A stretch of 46,751 nucleotides of DNA, counting the filler, from Jimgerdemannia flammicorona (taxonomy: Eukaryota): assembly GCA_003990765.1 (NCBI GenBank). It is 2 parts of 2 records of this genome, joined end to end, with 100 filler letters (N's around TTAATTAATTAA, not from the genome) between each part and the next. Parts side by side here need not be neighbours in the genome. Positions count along the whole stretch, not along the records: positions 1 to 23,329 come from RBNJ01001118.1; positions 23,430 to 46,751 come from RBNJ01001119.1. The stretch is one strand, 5' to 3'. The translations under genes were made by a program, and so were the position numbers. The notes under the pieces are model-generated. The model worked only from the letters and a program-made list of their open reading frames with translations. It did no database searches and was not told where the DNA came from. Positions 22,050-35,500 of this stretch are shown in pieces (within the stretch, counting starts at the first letter, position 1; every line of letters starts with the position of its first letter).

Positions 22050-23329
22050 ATGAACAGTACAACCAACATTTTTTCCTTGAATGTGAATGGGCTGAGGGGC
22101 TCTGGGCAGCGTAGGAACATTTTTACTTGGCTCAAGGGATTGGAGGCTGATCTCTTTTTATTGCAGGATGTTCGATGTGAGGATGAGGATGATCGGGCAG
22201 AGTGGACTAGGGAGTGGGGGGGGGCTGCTGCTTGGTTTGGAAAGGTAGTAATTCTGGTGAGGAAGGGCAGAGGAGACTTGGGGGGAATCAGGAGCTGGGG
22301 CGATCGCTTGGTCTGGGGAGATTGGCATCGGCCAGGGTGGGAATCAGTGAAGGTGGGCTCTTGCTACTGTCCTGCAGTTAGGGGTGAGAGGACTGCATGG
22401 ATTAGGGGATTGCTGGAGGAGGGTGTTCTCTTGGAGGAAGGGGTTGATGTTCTCGGTGGGGACTTTAATATGGTTCGGGATCAGCGTCTGGATAGAACTG
22501 ATGGAGGGAGGGGTGCCGGGATAGAAGTGGAGGTCTGGATGCATGGGAGGAGGTGGAGATGCTGAGCTCCTTGGGGGATATAGGCCGAATGAGGTGGGGT
22601 GCCACCAGGGTTTACACGCATTGGGTGAATGGCCTGGGCACAAGGATTGACTGTATTTTGACGGCAGAGTGCTGGGGCTCGGATGTTTGGAAGGCGTTGG
22701 AAGTGGAGTGGTGCCCATGGTCTGATCACTGGGGACTGTTGGGGCAGGGGCAGTTTGGGGGGAGTGGAGATGGACCTGGACATTGGCACCTTAACTCCTT
22801 CCTGCTGGCTGAGAAGGGGCTGTGGGAACTATGGGTGGAGGACATTCAGGCGAGAGTTTGTATCTGGAAGTGTGAGGGTTTACCTGTGGTTGTCCGTTGG
22901 ATGTGATTGAAAGAGGCTGCAAGAGTTTATTGGGGAGAGGCTGGTAGGGAGGCTGGGTGGCAGAGAAGGAGACGCACGAGGTGCGCTTCCAGCAGGCTGA
23001 GGAGACTACAATTAGATTGGGCGAACTTGCTCACTGTTGTAGGGGTGGAGGATTGGAGGTTAGTGAGGGCGAAATTGGAGATAGTGGAACTACAACAGGT
23101 GCTGAGGGAAGAGGAGGAGACACATATGTGGGGTATGGCTGCTAGGCTGTGGTGGCAGGGGCTTGAGGAGGGTGAGTGGCCTACTAGGTACTTATCGAGA
23201 CTCCTCAAAGCTAGGAAGGTGCGTCATCGGTGGGAGGGGGTCCTGGATGCTGATGGGGACATGGTTCATGGCACGCAACAAATCCTGGGGGTCTTGAAGG
23301 AGAGGTGGCAGGATTTGTGGAGTGAGGGA
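22050..23329 (+). pseudogene. LINE ORF2 N-terminus (APE endonuclease), disrupted
   Basis: Motifs SLNVNGL, LLQD, GGDFN, TRIDCIL, SDH, GPGHWHLNSFLL and EGEWPTRY. Frameshift near 22555 and stop near 22905. Confidence 0.88.
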
Positions 23330-23429
23330 NNNNNNNNNNNNNNNNNNNNNNNNNNNNNNNNNNNNNNNNNNNNTTAATTAATTAANNNNNNNNNNNNNNN
23401 NNNNNNNNNNNNNNNNNNNNNNNNNNNNN
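23330..23429. other. Assembly gap with artificial TTAATTAATTAA linker (23374-23385)
   Basis: N44 + TTAATTAATTAA + N44; the linker has stops in all six frames. Confidence 0.95.
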
Positions 23430-26400
23430 TCCAGCTTTCCGCGTGAAAACCCTGCAATCACAAATAAAAATCACCCTAAACGAGTCACCGTTGCAGTGAC
23501 CATCGAGACTCCAACGGCCAAAAATGGGCCCGAAATCGAAATGGCAATATATAAGCGACGTTTGTCCTATGGTGTTAACGTGAATCATCTTCAAAGATTT
23601 TGAATCGCTGCGATGTGGTTTATGAGGTGCCGGTGTTATGTAGTTCAAACTCCGCCAAACGGCCGAACTGAACGCGGAAAAATTCATGCAATGTGTCAAC
23701 TTGGTTAGTCCAGGTTCAGATGTAAACTCGTCAAGCACCTCCAGTCCCACCTCTCAAAGTACTTGCCAAGTTCCTCCGACGCAGACGGATCCACGAACTC
23801 GAGTTCACCTTCCTGATTAGCCCCGCGGCGAAGATGGCCCGGTACACGTCGACCGCGCCGAGTAATTGACTTCGTGGTGGTCGAGCGGGTCAATGTTCTT
23901 CTCTTCCATGAGCCGTCGCTGCCTAGCGTGTTGAAGAACGTTTGGTGTCTCCCACGCAGGAGAGAGGTTACGCCCTGGGGTGGATGGTTGTGGAGGGGCG
24001 ATGGGGTTAAGGAAGTTTTCAATCAAATGGAGTGGCGGAGGGTTTATCGCCGTTGTGAAAAGGACTACCAGTACAAGAAAAGGAGATAAAGTCCTCACCA
24101 TAAATCCCCAAAAGATGAGAAAAAAATGTAAGCGAAATGATGGCATTTCAGAAATCAACCTATCAGACTCAATAAACCAAACGAACAACGCCGACCCCAC
24201 TGCACTCCTAAATATTTTCCTTCCAATGTGTTTCTCGGCACGGTATCAATAAACCCGTAAATAATACTCGCCAATGACCACGTCATTGCCCTATTTCGAA
24301 TGCCTAAACACCGTCCCGACCGATCCCAACCTCGATACCCGCCTCCCCCGATCTCCGCCCTAGTTACCCACCTCTGCGCGCCCTTCCCACGGACCCAGCC
24401 GTCTGCTCTTCACTCTCATCCTCCTCCTCTCCTCCCTTTTCTCATCCTCCCTCGACCCTCAACTTAGGCATTCTTTACGTTCTCTCTCCAGGAACATCCT
24501 CACTCCCTTCCTATACAAAGACATCCTTCGGCCCGGTATCGGCGACCCACAGTCCCGCCGCGTCAGGAAGTGCGTCCCCGCAGGTCGATATACAAGTCTT
24601 CGGCGGCCGTCGACGACGACATGGTCCTGGAATCGGGGGTTTACGTGCCCTGAAGGTTAACGACCGAGACACTCGGGCGCTGTAGAGCGACTGGAAGAGG
24701 ATAGCGAGATAAATTGGGATGCTTGTCTAGACAGCGGCGGAGACCGGGTCGATAACCGAGTAGCTGATATCGGAGTAGTGTCTTTGAAACCAAGTGTGTC
24801 GAAAAAGAAGCGGGCCAAACGTCAGCATCGTTGCTACCTCATGTCGATTAGCGTGCCACCCTTCCAAACGGGGAAGTGAGAGCGCACGGCGCGTTCTAGA
24901 GTTCGAAAATGGTATATACGTTTTGACGATGCGATGAATTGGGCGTTTGGTGTAGCATTTTCCGTCAGGTTAATTTACTGGAGGAGGGAAAAGGAAGGCG
25001 GTGACGATCGTGAGTGAGCGAGTGCAATATTACTGTTAGTAGATGAGAGGGAGATTTTGATACGTATGCTCACTCAAACACATAAGCTTTTCCCTCTAAC
25101 CAATTCAATGCAGTCGAGGCCACCTCTAGGGGGACCGCGCGCGTTTTTCCTGTGACAATCCGCCAGGCCCTTAGTTATCAATATCCTCCTCTGCAGGTCC
25201 TTAACAATGTCTCGCAGGTTCGCTATAATGTGATAGTCAAGGTGGTGGCAGTCGGCATAGAGGTGTTTCCTGCCCGATTCGTCGGCGGGGCGGTCCCGCT
25301 ATGGTTCCATCTAACGAGGTGGGAGGGTGGGAGGTGTCGGATGGCAGTGGTGTTGTGTGGTTCTGGTGGGGGATTCAGACAAGGGCTTCCATGATAGAAT
25401 ATTATAACGCACTGGAATCCATTGTTTAAGGATATCATTCCCGCATTTGGTGGTGTTAGCCGTCGAATTAATTTGAATCGTCAACGGCTACTATGAAACA
25501 GATGTTGAGACTGTGATGTCACCAGAGTACGGCGTCACCATCGAATCATCGAGGCCCACAAGCCAATCGCCACCATCGTCGTCATCACGGCGCTCCATCC
25601 AATGAGCAGTCGCACACTTGTTGGAAATTTTCAATCTGACACCAAACTACTGCATTGCATAATTTTTCTCTCGCCCCCACCATAATGACTAGGTCCGGAT
25701 GTCCGATACGGTTCCGCCATACTTTCTGCTGTGCTCCTTCCTGTCTCTGATGTGCTCCTGTCTTCTGGCTGTGGGTCTCTATGTGCGGGATACTAGTCTT
25801 TCTGCTGTGCTCTTGTCTTGTGGCTTTAGATAGATTTTGTACTTAGGATATCAGGATAGGTTTTAAAGAGTGCCGGGGTGGGATAGGGCGGCGGGCACTA
25901 TAAATATACAGCTGGAAAATAAAATAATAAAATAATAATAAAATAACAAATAATATTAATAATATAACAAAATGGCCTAATTTCTATCGGGGTTTCCAAA
26001 TGCAGATAACGATAGAGGACGGCGCTTGTGACTATAAAAAAAAAAAAAAAAAAAGAGGACAGGCGCTTGTCGCCGTAATCGGGGCGGATTCTGATGCCCA
26101 AATCAATGCGGCTGCACTTTTTCTCCTAAAATTGGACGACTGTGCATTGCCACATTCAGCCGAGCAGTGTAGATAGTCATGTAACTTGCAGAAGCAATCG
26201 AAATGCCACCGGCATATAAGGAAGAAACGTACCGCGTCGCACACCTTCCTAAGCACGAGTACCAAGGTAACAAACAAACCGCTATTCTCAGTTCAGACCA
26301 ACGCAGATCATAGATTCTGTAAAATATTCTCCATAGGCGAAGACACCAAGAGACTTACATTCAGAGAATGTGCCACTCGCGCCCGCCAGACCACATCACG

Positions 26401-26874
26401 ATGCGAAAGGTCACCATCACAAATTCAATACCGTTCATTGAATACCTGTATCCCTCAGTCAACCTATGTCCTTCTCACTAATAGAACGCACATAGATCAA
26501 TGTAGACTGTGGCTCATTAAAAAGGCTATTTTTAATATGTATTGTATAACTCAATTAAACCCTATTAAATCACTTTGTGTAAATCGGTATAATTTCACAG
26601 CTATATAAATAACAACTATACCGCATTGTTTTGTGAGAAAAAATTGCATACTTGATTACATCACCTTTTTCAGGTGGGAAAATCTTTGACTAGTGGAAAA
26701 GTCACCGACATTTCAATTGAGCGACGTCCGGGAAAAGGCAAGCTCCGCAGGGATGTAGTGGGCGTATTCTAAACGATGGCGAAAACTGGGTTTCTGGCTC
26801 CCTCTTTTTGTTTCTGAGCTTGTTGCATGTTCCTTCGGAAAATTCAAGATAAGTCAATTTATATGTTCTACTTG

Positions 26875-27052
26875 AATTTATTCAACGACAAATCCAATGC
26901 GGTGAAGGTTTTGTTGTTTTCGAAGGCCTTTGTGAAGGCCTTGGCACCCTCCTCCCCGATGTTATTCGAAAACAGATCGAATGAGGTAAGTGTTTTGTTG
27001 GTTTAGAGGGCCTTTGTGAAGTCTTTTTCGCCCTCCTCTCCGATGTTACAAT

Positions 27053-27088
<36 letters not shown>

Positions 27089-27530
27089 AATGAAATGTGG
27101 GGCTCGTTGGTTTCGAAGGTTAATGCGACGTCTTTGTACCCTCCTCCCCGATGATATTCGACGTCAGATATAATGAAGTAACGGTTTTGTTGGTTTCAAG
27201 GACCTTTGCATGGTGATGATATTATAAATAAGATAAATGAGATAAATACAGAAAACAAAATACCAAAATTTCTAAACACTAGAGCCTATATTAGTATCAT
27301 AGTAACTGTATTATTTAACCAATACATTATCAAAAGCATTTGTTCTGATTATAAACTCATGGCCTTTGCACCCTCCTCACTGATGCCATTACCCTACGAA
27401 TTCAATGAGGTGAGAGTTTTATTGGTTTCGAGGGCCTTTGGCTTTTGCGCACGCAGATTCAATGATGTGACGGCCCTCTCTGATAGCAGTCGACATCAAT
27501 TTCATTGAGCTGAGGGTTTTGGTTTGGGTT
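26875..27530 (-). pseudogene. RNI-like leucine-rich-repeat pseudogene (28-aa repeats)
   Basis: Repeats such as ALETNKTLTSLNS*GNGISEEGAKA, VLETNKTVTSLYLTSNIIGEEG and AL*TNKTLTSFDLFSNNIGEEGAKA, with stops, an A33 tract and an insertion. Confidence 0.85.
27214..27357. mobile_element. 144-bp AT-rich insertion with 5-bp TSD CATGG
   Basis: CATGG at 27209-27213 and 27358-27362; the insertion interrupts an LRR unit. Confidence 0.6.
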
Positions 27531-27699
27531 GATATTTTTCTCCTTGCTTTCGAGATAGAGGAGAGAACGATGTCATTGCATTTTCCGGGATACCAATCGG
27601 CAATATCAGTTGTTCAATAAGGAGCATTCAAAACATGTTACACTTTATTGTCATTTACAGGTTGATATGATTACTTTCCACTTCTATCAACACAATAGT

Positions 27700-28951
27700 C
27701 CAAGTCTCAGCTACCCTGGAACCACATTCTTCAAAAAGGACATTCCACCCTCTCCCTCCCTCTTGACCCCACAACGTTCCAGTTTTGTTCTCAATCTCTC
27801 TATAACACGTTCTTGCAAAGGTGGAATACATTTCAACACACGTAATCTCAGCCATGGGAACGCGGCCTCGTCGAACACTTCTTCACCAAGTCGGTCGAAG
27901 ATCCCGTCTAACGGCAGCACTTCCAGATCACGACAATTCTGCGCCACAGTCCGCAGGACCCAGATTATTGTGCCAGGGCAATCGACGAGCTTAAGAGTGG
28001 TCAGCCCACGAGCACGAGAGACGATGTCATAAAATGACTCCTCGCATGCCACTTCTTAGGCCGTGCTCATCAAAATATCCAAAGGTGGTGCAGATTGTCA
28101 CATCAGTCAGCCCAGCGCATGACCTGCCAGCAGCGTTACGTGTCCATCCCTATACCTGAAGTTAAGCGCCAGCTAGCCGAGCTTCATAGTCAGAACAAGA
28201 ATGGCATTAATATGATGGGCGGGACATCTCTCAAATTCAGTAGACTGAAGGTTAATACACTCGAGAGCGCTGTGGTATCAAGTATCTCTGCGTCAACTTT
28301 GAGTGAAGTCAAGGTTTGTTGTGCATTTCGGAGGAAGCCCGAGAGATCTACGTCGTCGACATAATTGCTGAAATAAATCTATACACCAAAGTAGAGTCTG
28401 GAAAGGCGTTAGCTGCAGTGTTTGGTCAGGTAGGTGAAGTACTGCTTGCGTGACTTGTGACTCCAGTGTCTGCCAACGGAATACTATAGAGTGTGAGGTG
28501 GATGTCGGTGATTTTGGTGATGACAATATATTCTAAAGCAAAGTTCGGGTCTGGAGTTGGAATCAGGAGTTTGGAGTATCCCTCTTCCATTCCACTTAAA
28601 TCAGGCACAGTGAGTTGATGTACTGTACCTCGTTAGTAAGGTAGGCCAAACAGGCGCGACACGTGGAGAATCTCAAGGAGACAAAATTCGCCTGAGGTGA
28701 TAGTATTTTAGGACTTGGGGATCACGCAGGCTGTCAGCTGGGAGCAAGACTCGGACAGCGGAGGACCATTCAGTGCATGCCATGGATGCCGATATGAGGT
28801 CCAAGAAGGAGTCCAAAAGCAACGAGGCAGCTTCGGCAAAGTCTTGGGATATTTGCAGAACTTCGTGGGGCAAGTTCCGGCTCGGACGGGTGAGTTCGCC
28901 GGTAGTTGTGATTTGTTTGGATGTTTTGCCCAATTTACCAGCCGCAGGCAA
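27700..28951 (-). pseudogene. F-box/LRR protein pseudogene
   Basis: F-box-like LPHEVLQI...DLISASMACTEWSSA, followed by LRR-like LTTLKLVDC and NCRDLEVL; many stops and frameshifts between them. Confidence 0.65.
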
Positions 28952-29381
28952 AGCGAGATCTGTGCGCTGCGTATGTACGTCGTCGATATTATTTAGGTGA
29001 TTTTCGGAGATAAGGCGACCGTCAATCGTCTATAAATTCACGTGGGAGTAATGAGTTCACGTCTAGAAAGTTGTTTTTGAACCACCCATCGATTGGCCAC
29101 ACAGTTCGAACTCCCCTACAAGTTTGGGAATCTACGAACACCAGTTTCGCGTGTAAGGCCTGTTTCCGCTGCCCACGCAATAGAGTCCGTTGCAAGAATC
29201 TCATATCCTAGGACGTTCTTCGACAGCTCCCGTTCGTTTGGGTCAGTCATAATTGCGTAATTCTGGGGGTGCGCCTTCGCAACCGGTGATGCTGGCTATC
29301 TAGTTTCCTCTCCATCGTGATATTCAACGGACAGGGTAGTTTGGCGCGCGTTAAAGACCTAGGCTGTAAATGGGGGGGTTT

Positions 29382-29415
<34 letters not shown>

Positions 29416-29656
29416 CTCACTGCTTAATTTAATACAAATGGTAATTTCCTATCCCGAGGAAATTAATCTGGGTGCGCGAATTTTCGGGAAGTCCATTTTT
29501 ATCTATATTACTCTTACCCTAATCGATAATTCCTGGGCCAGAATTAAAATGTGTTGATCCCCTTCATGAAACAGACCTCCCGGTAATGATTGTCCCAATC
29601 ATGCAAGGAGGAATTGATATGCTGGTTGACAAGTACGAATTGACTAGATGTTTGCT

Positions 29657-29763
29657 CGAGACAGGGGAGAGGACGATGTCATTGCTTTTTTAGTATCCAG
29701 ATAGCCATTGAGTAAGGAGCATTTAAAACATGTTGCCCTTTATTGCCATCCCCAGGTTGATAT
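29657..29763. repeat. ~105-bp direct repeat of 27551-27668 (3' end of the F-box-like gene)
   Basis: GGAGAG.ACGATGTCATTGC...TAAGGAGCATT.AAAACATGTT...CTTTATTG.CAT...CAGGTTGATAT is shared by both copies. Confidence 0.75.
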
Positions 29764-30464
29764 TACATCATGAAAAAAATTTGGACATCTCACCTGGCGC
29801 AATCTGCATCCGGGACATCTGGGGCCATCTGACATCCACAACTCTGCATCTGCATCAAAGGCATCTCCCATCTCTACATCAGGACCCATTGACATCTGCA
29901 CTGACCTCCATGTCTTCTGTGTTTCGATTTCTATAATTTCATATTCAAATTTGAGTAACGTATATACAAAATTCAAACAGATACACAAAAGCTATGAATG
30001 AAGCCTTGATGGTAAAACATACATACACACTAGTAAAATATCACCCATGCCTCTCTATTACTGTAATGATTTACTAAATATTTGTCAAAAGAGTAAACAT
30101 TTTTTTTGCTGCTATTGTGCTGTTCTGGCTGAGTTATGAGATTCAAAGAATGGTATCAGATTTATATTCCATATGATGGCATTAATATTAATGATATTAA
30201 TTTTTTGTGATTGAGTTGCAATACTCATCTGAGTATCAGGGTCTCAGTGATTGCCAATTTCAAATCACATATGAATGCCAGATAGTACTTCAGCCCTCCT
30301 TGCTCAATAGTAAAGAGTAGATGAATTTGCCTAATTTTAAATTTATCAAGCCTGTACATATTCTTCTTATACTTGCTGAGATCCTCCCAATTATATACTA
30401 CAATTCAGTCATATTGAGGCTGATCATGGAAACTTAGGTTATATTAGATGATGTTTTTGATAAA

Positions 30465-31410
30465 TTTTGATTTTTTAATAAACCCAAAGTTCTGTGGATT
30501 TCATTGGAAGAGAACCTAGACTATATAGGCCAAAACTCTCTCCCACTATCTACTAAGTACTATACTCTTATTAAATCTAGGCTAGCTATTGTCCAGTAAC
30601 TTGATCATACTAGGTACAGTAGAGCAAAATTTTCTATATCTCATTCTGTATACCATGCTCTTTCTATCACTAGAGAGTAATAAATATATACTTTTAGACA
30701 TATACCTGAAACTCCAACATATATATAAGACCATATCTGAGCCAATTTACATAGCCCCTGCTATTCCAAGAAGAGTAATAAATAAAGAAAAACCTTTCTC
30801 AAAGTACAGAATGGTGGGTAGAACTTAGTTCTCCCCAATGAGATGAGTAGAGAACTTACATATAAGGTGAGAGGAGACCTCCAATACCCTACTACTCAAG
30901 TCTGTAGACCTTGATCATGTTACTATATTAGCTTCTAGTTCTAGTTAAGTATAATTAAAATATCTAATCTGGATAGCCTTAGGCCCTCCAACCACTCTCA
31001 ATAACTGAGACCCAATCTCACAAATTACCAAAAGTAGCCAAGAGTAATATCTACCACCTAACCACCCTATATTAATCAGAAGACTCCACTGATATAGTAT
31101 CTATCTCAGTCTTGACAACTGCTCCCAGACTAGTACTCTACTGATCTACTATAATTACTCTTCTTTTTATCTGTGATGGTCATCTCCTCTCTTATTCCAA
31201 CTCTATTCAAAAAGCAGTTATCTATACCAGAACTGTGCTTGCTAGAAAGCTTTCCAAAGCTCAGAGAGCCCTACTACAGATACTGGAGATCTGTAGGTAA
31301 CCTATACTAGTACTTGATACCCAAGGTCAGCTGACTCTATATATAGTCTATAATACACTAGATGATATTTTATTGATGATAGCAAAAGAAAAAAAGTACT
31401 GTACTAATAT
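30465..31410 (-). mobile_element. 1.19 kb retroposon family, copy 2 (old, hypermutated, 5'-truncated)
   Basis: Collinear with 31412-32365, with dense C>T and G>A changes. Confidence 0.8.
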
Positions 31411-31411
31411 A

Positions 31412-32590
31412 TTTTTTTTGTTTTACGGACTCATGTCTCGCAGATTTTTATTGGAAGGGAACCTAGACTATATAGGCCAAAACCCTCCCCCATCACCCAC
31501 CAAGTACTGCTCCCCCATTAACCTAGGCTAGCTATTGTCCAGCAGCTCGACCATGCCAGGCACAGCAGGGCTGATAAGCCTGTACCTCATTCTGCACACC
31601 ATGCTCTTCCTACTACCAAGGGAAACCCAACCATATGCCAACGACCGAAAGCGCACACCTGAGAACCCATCATATGTACAAGGCCATGCCCGAGCCAAAT
31701 AGAATAGCCCCTACCACCCCAAAGAGAATGACAGGCAAATAAAAAACCCTCATCAAAGCACAACACGGTGGGTAGGGCCTGGTTCTCCCAGTTGAGGTGA
31801 GTAAAGGACTTACACATGAGGTGGGAGGAAACCCCCAATACCCCACTACTCAAGCCTGCAGGCCTCAATCATGTTGCCATGTCAGCTCCTGGTTCCAGTT
31901 GAGTGCAGCCAAGACACCTGAAATGGGTAGCCTCGGGCCCCCCGACCCCCCCTGACGACTGGGGCCTCACCCCGCTACCCGCCAAAAGAAGCTGAGAGTG
32001 ACACCTACCACCTAACTGCGCCGCACCAATCAAAAGGCCCCACCGAAGCAGCACCTGCCCCAGCCCCGACGACCGCCCCCAGCCTGGCACCCTACTGGTT
32101 CACTGTAATCGCCCTTCCGCCTATCTGTGATGGCCATCTCCCCTCCCATCCCGACAACACCTAAAAAGCAGTCACCTACGCCAGAACCACGCTCGCCGGG
32201 AAGCTTGCCAAAGCCAGAGGGCCCCACCATAGGCACCGAGGACCTGCAGGTAACCTACACTGAGCACTTGATGCCCAAGGTCGGCTGACTCCCTACATAG
32301 CCCAAGACACACCGAGACAACTCCTTGTTGGCGACGGCAAAAGGAAGAAGGCACCGTACCAAAATGGGTACACCCCAGACGCAGCTGAAGGTACCAGAAT
32401 CTGCGAAAAAGTGGAGGAAGCACCAATCCGACACCAATAAAGGGGCAACTCATCACCATTGCCCTCCTCCCACCATGCCCCTACAGGCACAGCAAACCAA
32501 CCCAAGGTAGAGGGGGTAATATTAGGGGAAAGGGGACTCGGAAGGTCGCCTACCAAACCTTATGACCGGTAAGGTAGCAGAGAAAGGAGC
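31412..32590 (-). mobile_element. 1.19 kb retroposon family, copy 3 (least mutated)
   Basis: Minus strand runs from GCTCCTTTCTC to AATAAAAATC...AAAACAAAAAAAA; homologous to 1-1193. Confidence 0.75.
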
Positions 32591-35500
32591 TGTAAATACT
32601 GGCTGATAACTTGCTTGATAATATCAGCTTCTTCCATTTCTTTGAGTTCTGCTTGCAGCCATTTTCTGTAAGCAGGTAGTATAGGTCTGGCTTTCTGACA
32701 GATGGGCTTAGTATTACTGATATCAACTTTATAGTAGTACTTGGGTTTTTGATTGTGAATATTCCTAAAATCTGTAGTTAGTACTTCTTTATTCTGATAC
32801 AGGATCTTGAGAAGTTGTTCTTTTTGGAGAAAGTTTTCTCCAATAGTCTATATGTACTTGCTCTGGTTCTTATCTTTCTTGTGCTTGAGTTCAGTAATCT
32901 TGATAGTAGTATAGGCTCCTCTTTCAGTAGATCTAAAGCCTTGTTCTTCTCTCTTAGTCTTAATAAGTTCAATAGCTTCAGTGATCTTAGGCTTTTTAAC
33001 TTTATAGATCAGTATCTGGTCAATACTGTCATACTTCTTGACTTTGAATGGAGTGGTGGAGTTGTGATTTCTGACTATAAGAAATAGCTCATCAGTATAA
33101 TCAGAGTCAATGACTTCTCCTTTAACAGTGATTTTACTCTTGGTCAGACTGCTTCTGATCTTGATAATTCTGGTATGGTTTTCTGGTAACTTGACTCCAA
33201 ATTCAGTGCCAAGTAGAGTAGTGATCTGTGGTTCAAGAATAGTATCTTAGATACTGATAAGGTCTATTCCAACAGCTCCTTCAGTCTTATATTCTAGGAT
33301 CTTAGCTTTGGGGTGAAACTTCTTGACCTTGGGAGTGATGTCTGGTTCTTATTCTATCTTATCATCACTATCAGCTTGAAGCTCTGAGGGCTGGTCATCT
33401 TCTTTGGCTTTCTTTTTTACTTTAACTACTTCTTACTTGTATCATTATTGATGGATTTTTCTAACTTCACTAATATAGGACCAGTAGTTATTTAGGTATT
33501 CAGAGCAGTACATCTTAGCACCATGGAGACATCTTCTTTGAGAAGAATAGCCATTGATGATCTTGTTGTACTACTGCTTATCTATGAGCTTAGTTGTCTT
33601 GCTCTTGTTCTTATATATTGAGTACATAAAGACTTCTATATCCTCATCATCTTCTTCCTCTATGTCTAGTAATACTCCTTTGTAGATATTGATAGAGACT
33701 TCTTTCTTTATAGTTGATCTGCATCTTCTTAGCATTGAGGTCAATAATAACTTTGGTCTTAGGTGAAGGTATTGGTTACCAATGAGGATGTTATAGTTGG
33801 TAGCACTTGTAATGATCACATCTACTGAGATAGTAGCTTCTCTAATCCTGATAGAGACTTCTTAAATCTTACCTAGCAGAGTAGCTCATGTATCATCTGC
33901 TGTAATATAGAGCATTCTGGTAGATTCTTCAATATTCCAGCCTAGGCAGTCAATTGTCTTCCTGCTTATGAGATATCCTCTAATACTGGTATCAATGATA
34001 GTATCAAAGATACAATCTTCAATCTGATATTAGGTATAGGCTGGAGTCTTATGCTGATTTTTAGATTCTTCACCTAAGTTTTCTTGTTCATCTTCTTATA
34101 CATTGTGAGCTTCTATGATATTGTACTCTTGGTTTTTAATAGTGATTGTAAGTTCTGCTCTCAACTGCTATCTGAAGACAGGGACTTCTGCTAGTTGTCC
34201 AAAAGTAACATTAATCTTCTATTCTTTAAGGTCCTTATTAATATCATACTGATAGACTTTGGTCTTATATAGCTTCTGTTCTTTCTTGCTTTCACTTTTT
34301 TCTAAGACTGGAGTAGTATCTTCAATAATTTGGTAGCCAGCTTTATCTAACTCTATGTCTTGATCAATCACCTCAGGTTGGGTCTTATTTTGAATAATGA
34401 TATTTGGGGGGTTTTTTTTGATCTTCCAACTGACTTGCTATTGCCCTTCTAATTATAGAGCTTGGACTGGTTCTGGTATCCTCAGTAATAGGGTAGAATT
34501 CAGACTTCTTATAGTATTTATCATCATTAGTAGTACTAATCTTCTTAATGACTACTATATTAATTTGATCTCTAGTTCTGGTAGCATTACTTAGTTGAGC
34601 TCTATATCTTGTTTCAGTTATATAATTCTTTACATAGTGGCCTTCTTCTCTACATTTGATACATGTAATGGTACATTTCTCTATAGTAGCTACAAACTTC
34701 TATACTGGTCTCCTGTTGACACTTTGTACTTCTCTAATAATATCACTAAGGTATATAGTCATCTTGATAAACTGCTGAGTGAGTTCCTCTACTGGTTTGG
34801 CTTTGGCCAACTTTGAAATAAGTGGGGATAGTTGTCTATTGAGAGTTATGATAAATATGATACTGGTTGGCTTTGGTGGCTCTATCTTGATACTTGTTAT
34901 CCTTTCTATTGAGTATTTAGCAGAGTATCTATCAGTCTAATTTCTCTATATAAAGACCACTTTCTGGTCGAGGATCAGAGCAACTAGAGTAGACTGGATT
35001 ATTAGAACAATTATATAGTAGACTCCTTTTAGGAAGGTTGAATCAGCTATCTATTCCTTGAGAGTATCATTATAATCATCCAAGTCAATCTGATAACAGA
35101 TTTGAGTTAGAGTCTTCATTAAGTCCTTGGCAGATAGTATTGAGTTGATCTTTAAGAGCTTGCTTGAGCTCTTCAGTATATTATATAGTTCTGAGAAAGT
35201 TCTTTATATTGGTGAGTTTGGCTATACTATTTTTAGCAATAGTAGCTATATTGAACTTTTCTCTGACAGGTCTTCGGAGGCTGACAGATAGAGGGCCACT
35301 TGTACTTCAACACTGAGAGCTCATATAACAGTAAATTGTTCAAAGTCTTCAATAAAGATCAAGTTTGACTCTTTAGTAATAAATTTATAAAATATGGAGA
35401 GATATATTTCTATCTTATCTTGAATTCTTACAGAGAGTAACTCTTATAGTTAGGGTAGTTATTGTGGTAGTTGTCTATTATTCAGCTTGAAAGTGAGGAA

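Larger units (their letters stand above)
19901..23329 (+). mobile_element. L1/Tx1-clade non-LTR retrotransposon, 5' part (cut by the gap)
   Basis: ORF1 is followed 32 nt later by an APE-endonuclease ORF2. G-rich sense strand, CpG-depleted. The 5' boundary is approximate. Confidence 0.88.

Noticed and set aside
23330..23429. Palindromic TTAATTAATTAA between N runs
   Set aside because: Artificial six-frame-stop contig linker. It also means adjacency of the two halves of the window is unproven.
23700..24660. Coding-like minus-strand fragments
   Set aside because: Probably a decayed gene, but no recognisable family motif or consistent frame could be supported.
25685..25900. Possible Helitron 3' end (CTAG plus GC hairpin) with TTCTGCTGTGCTC repeats
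   Set aside because: The hairpin is weak, with no second copy or 5' TC end identified.
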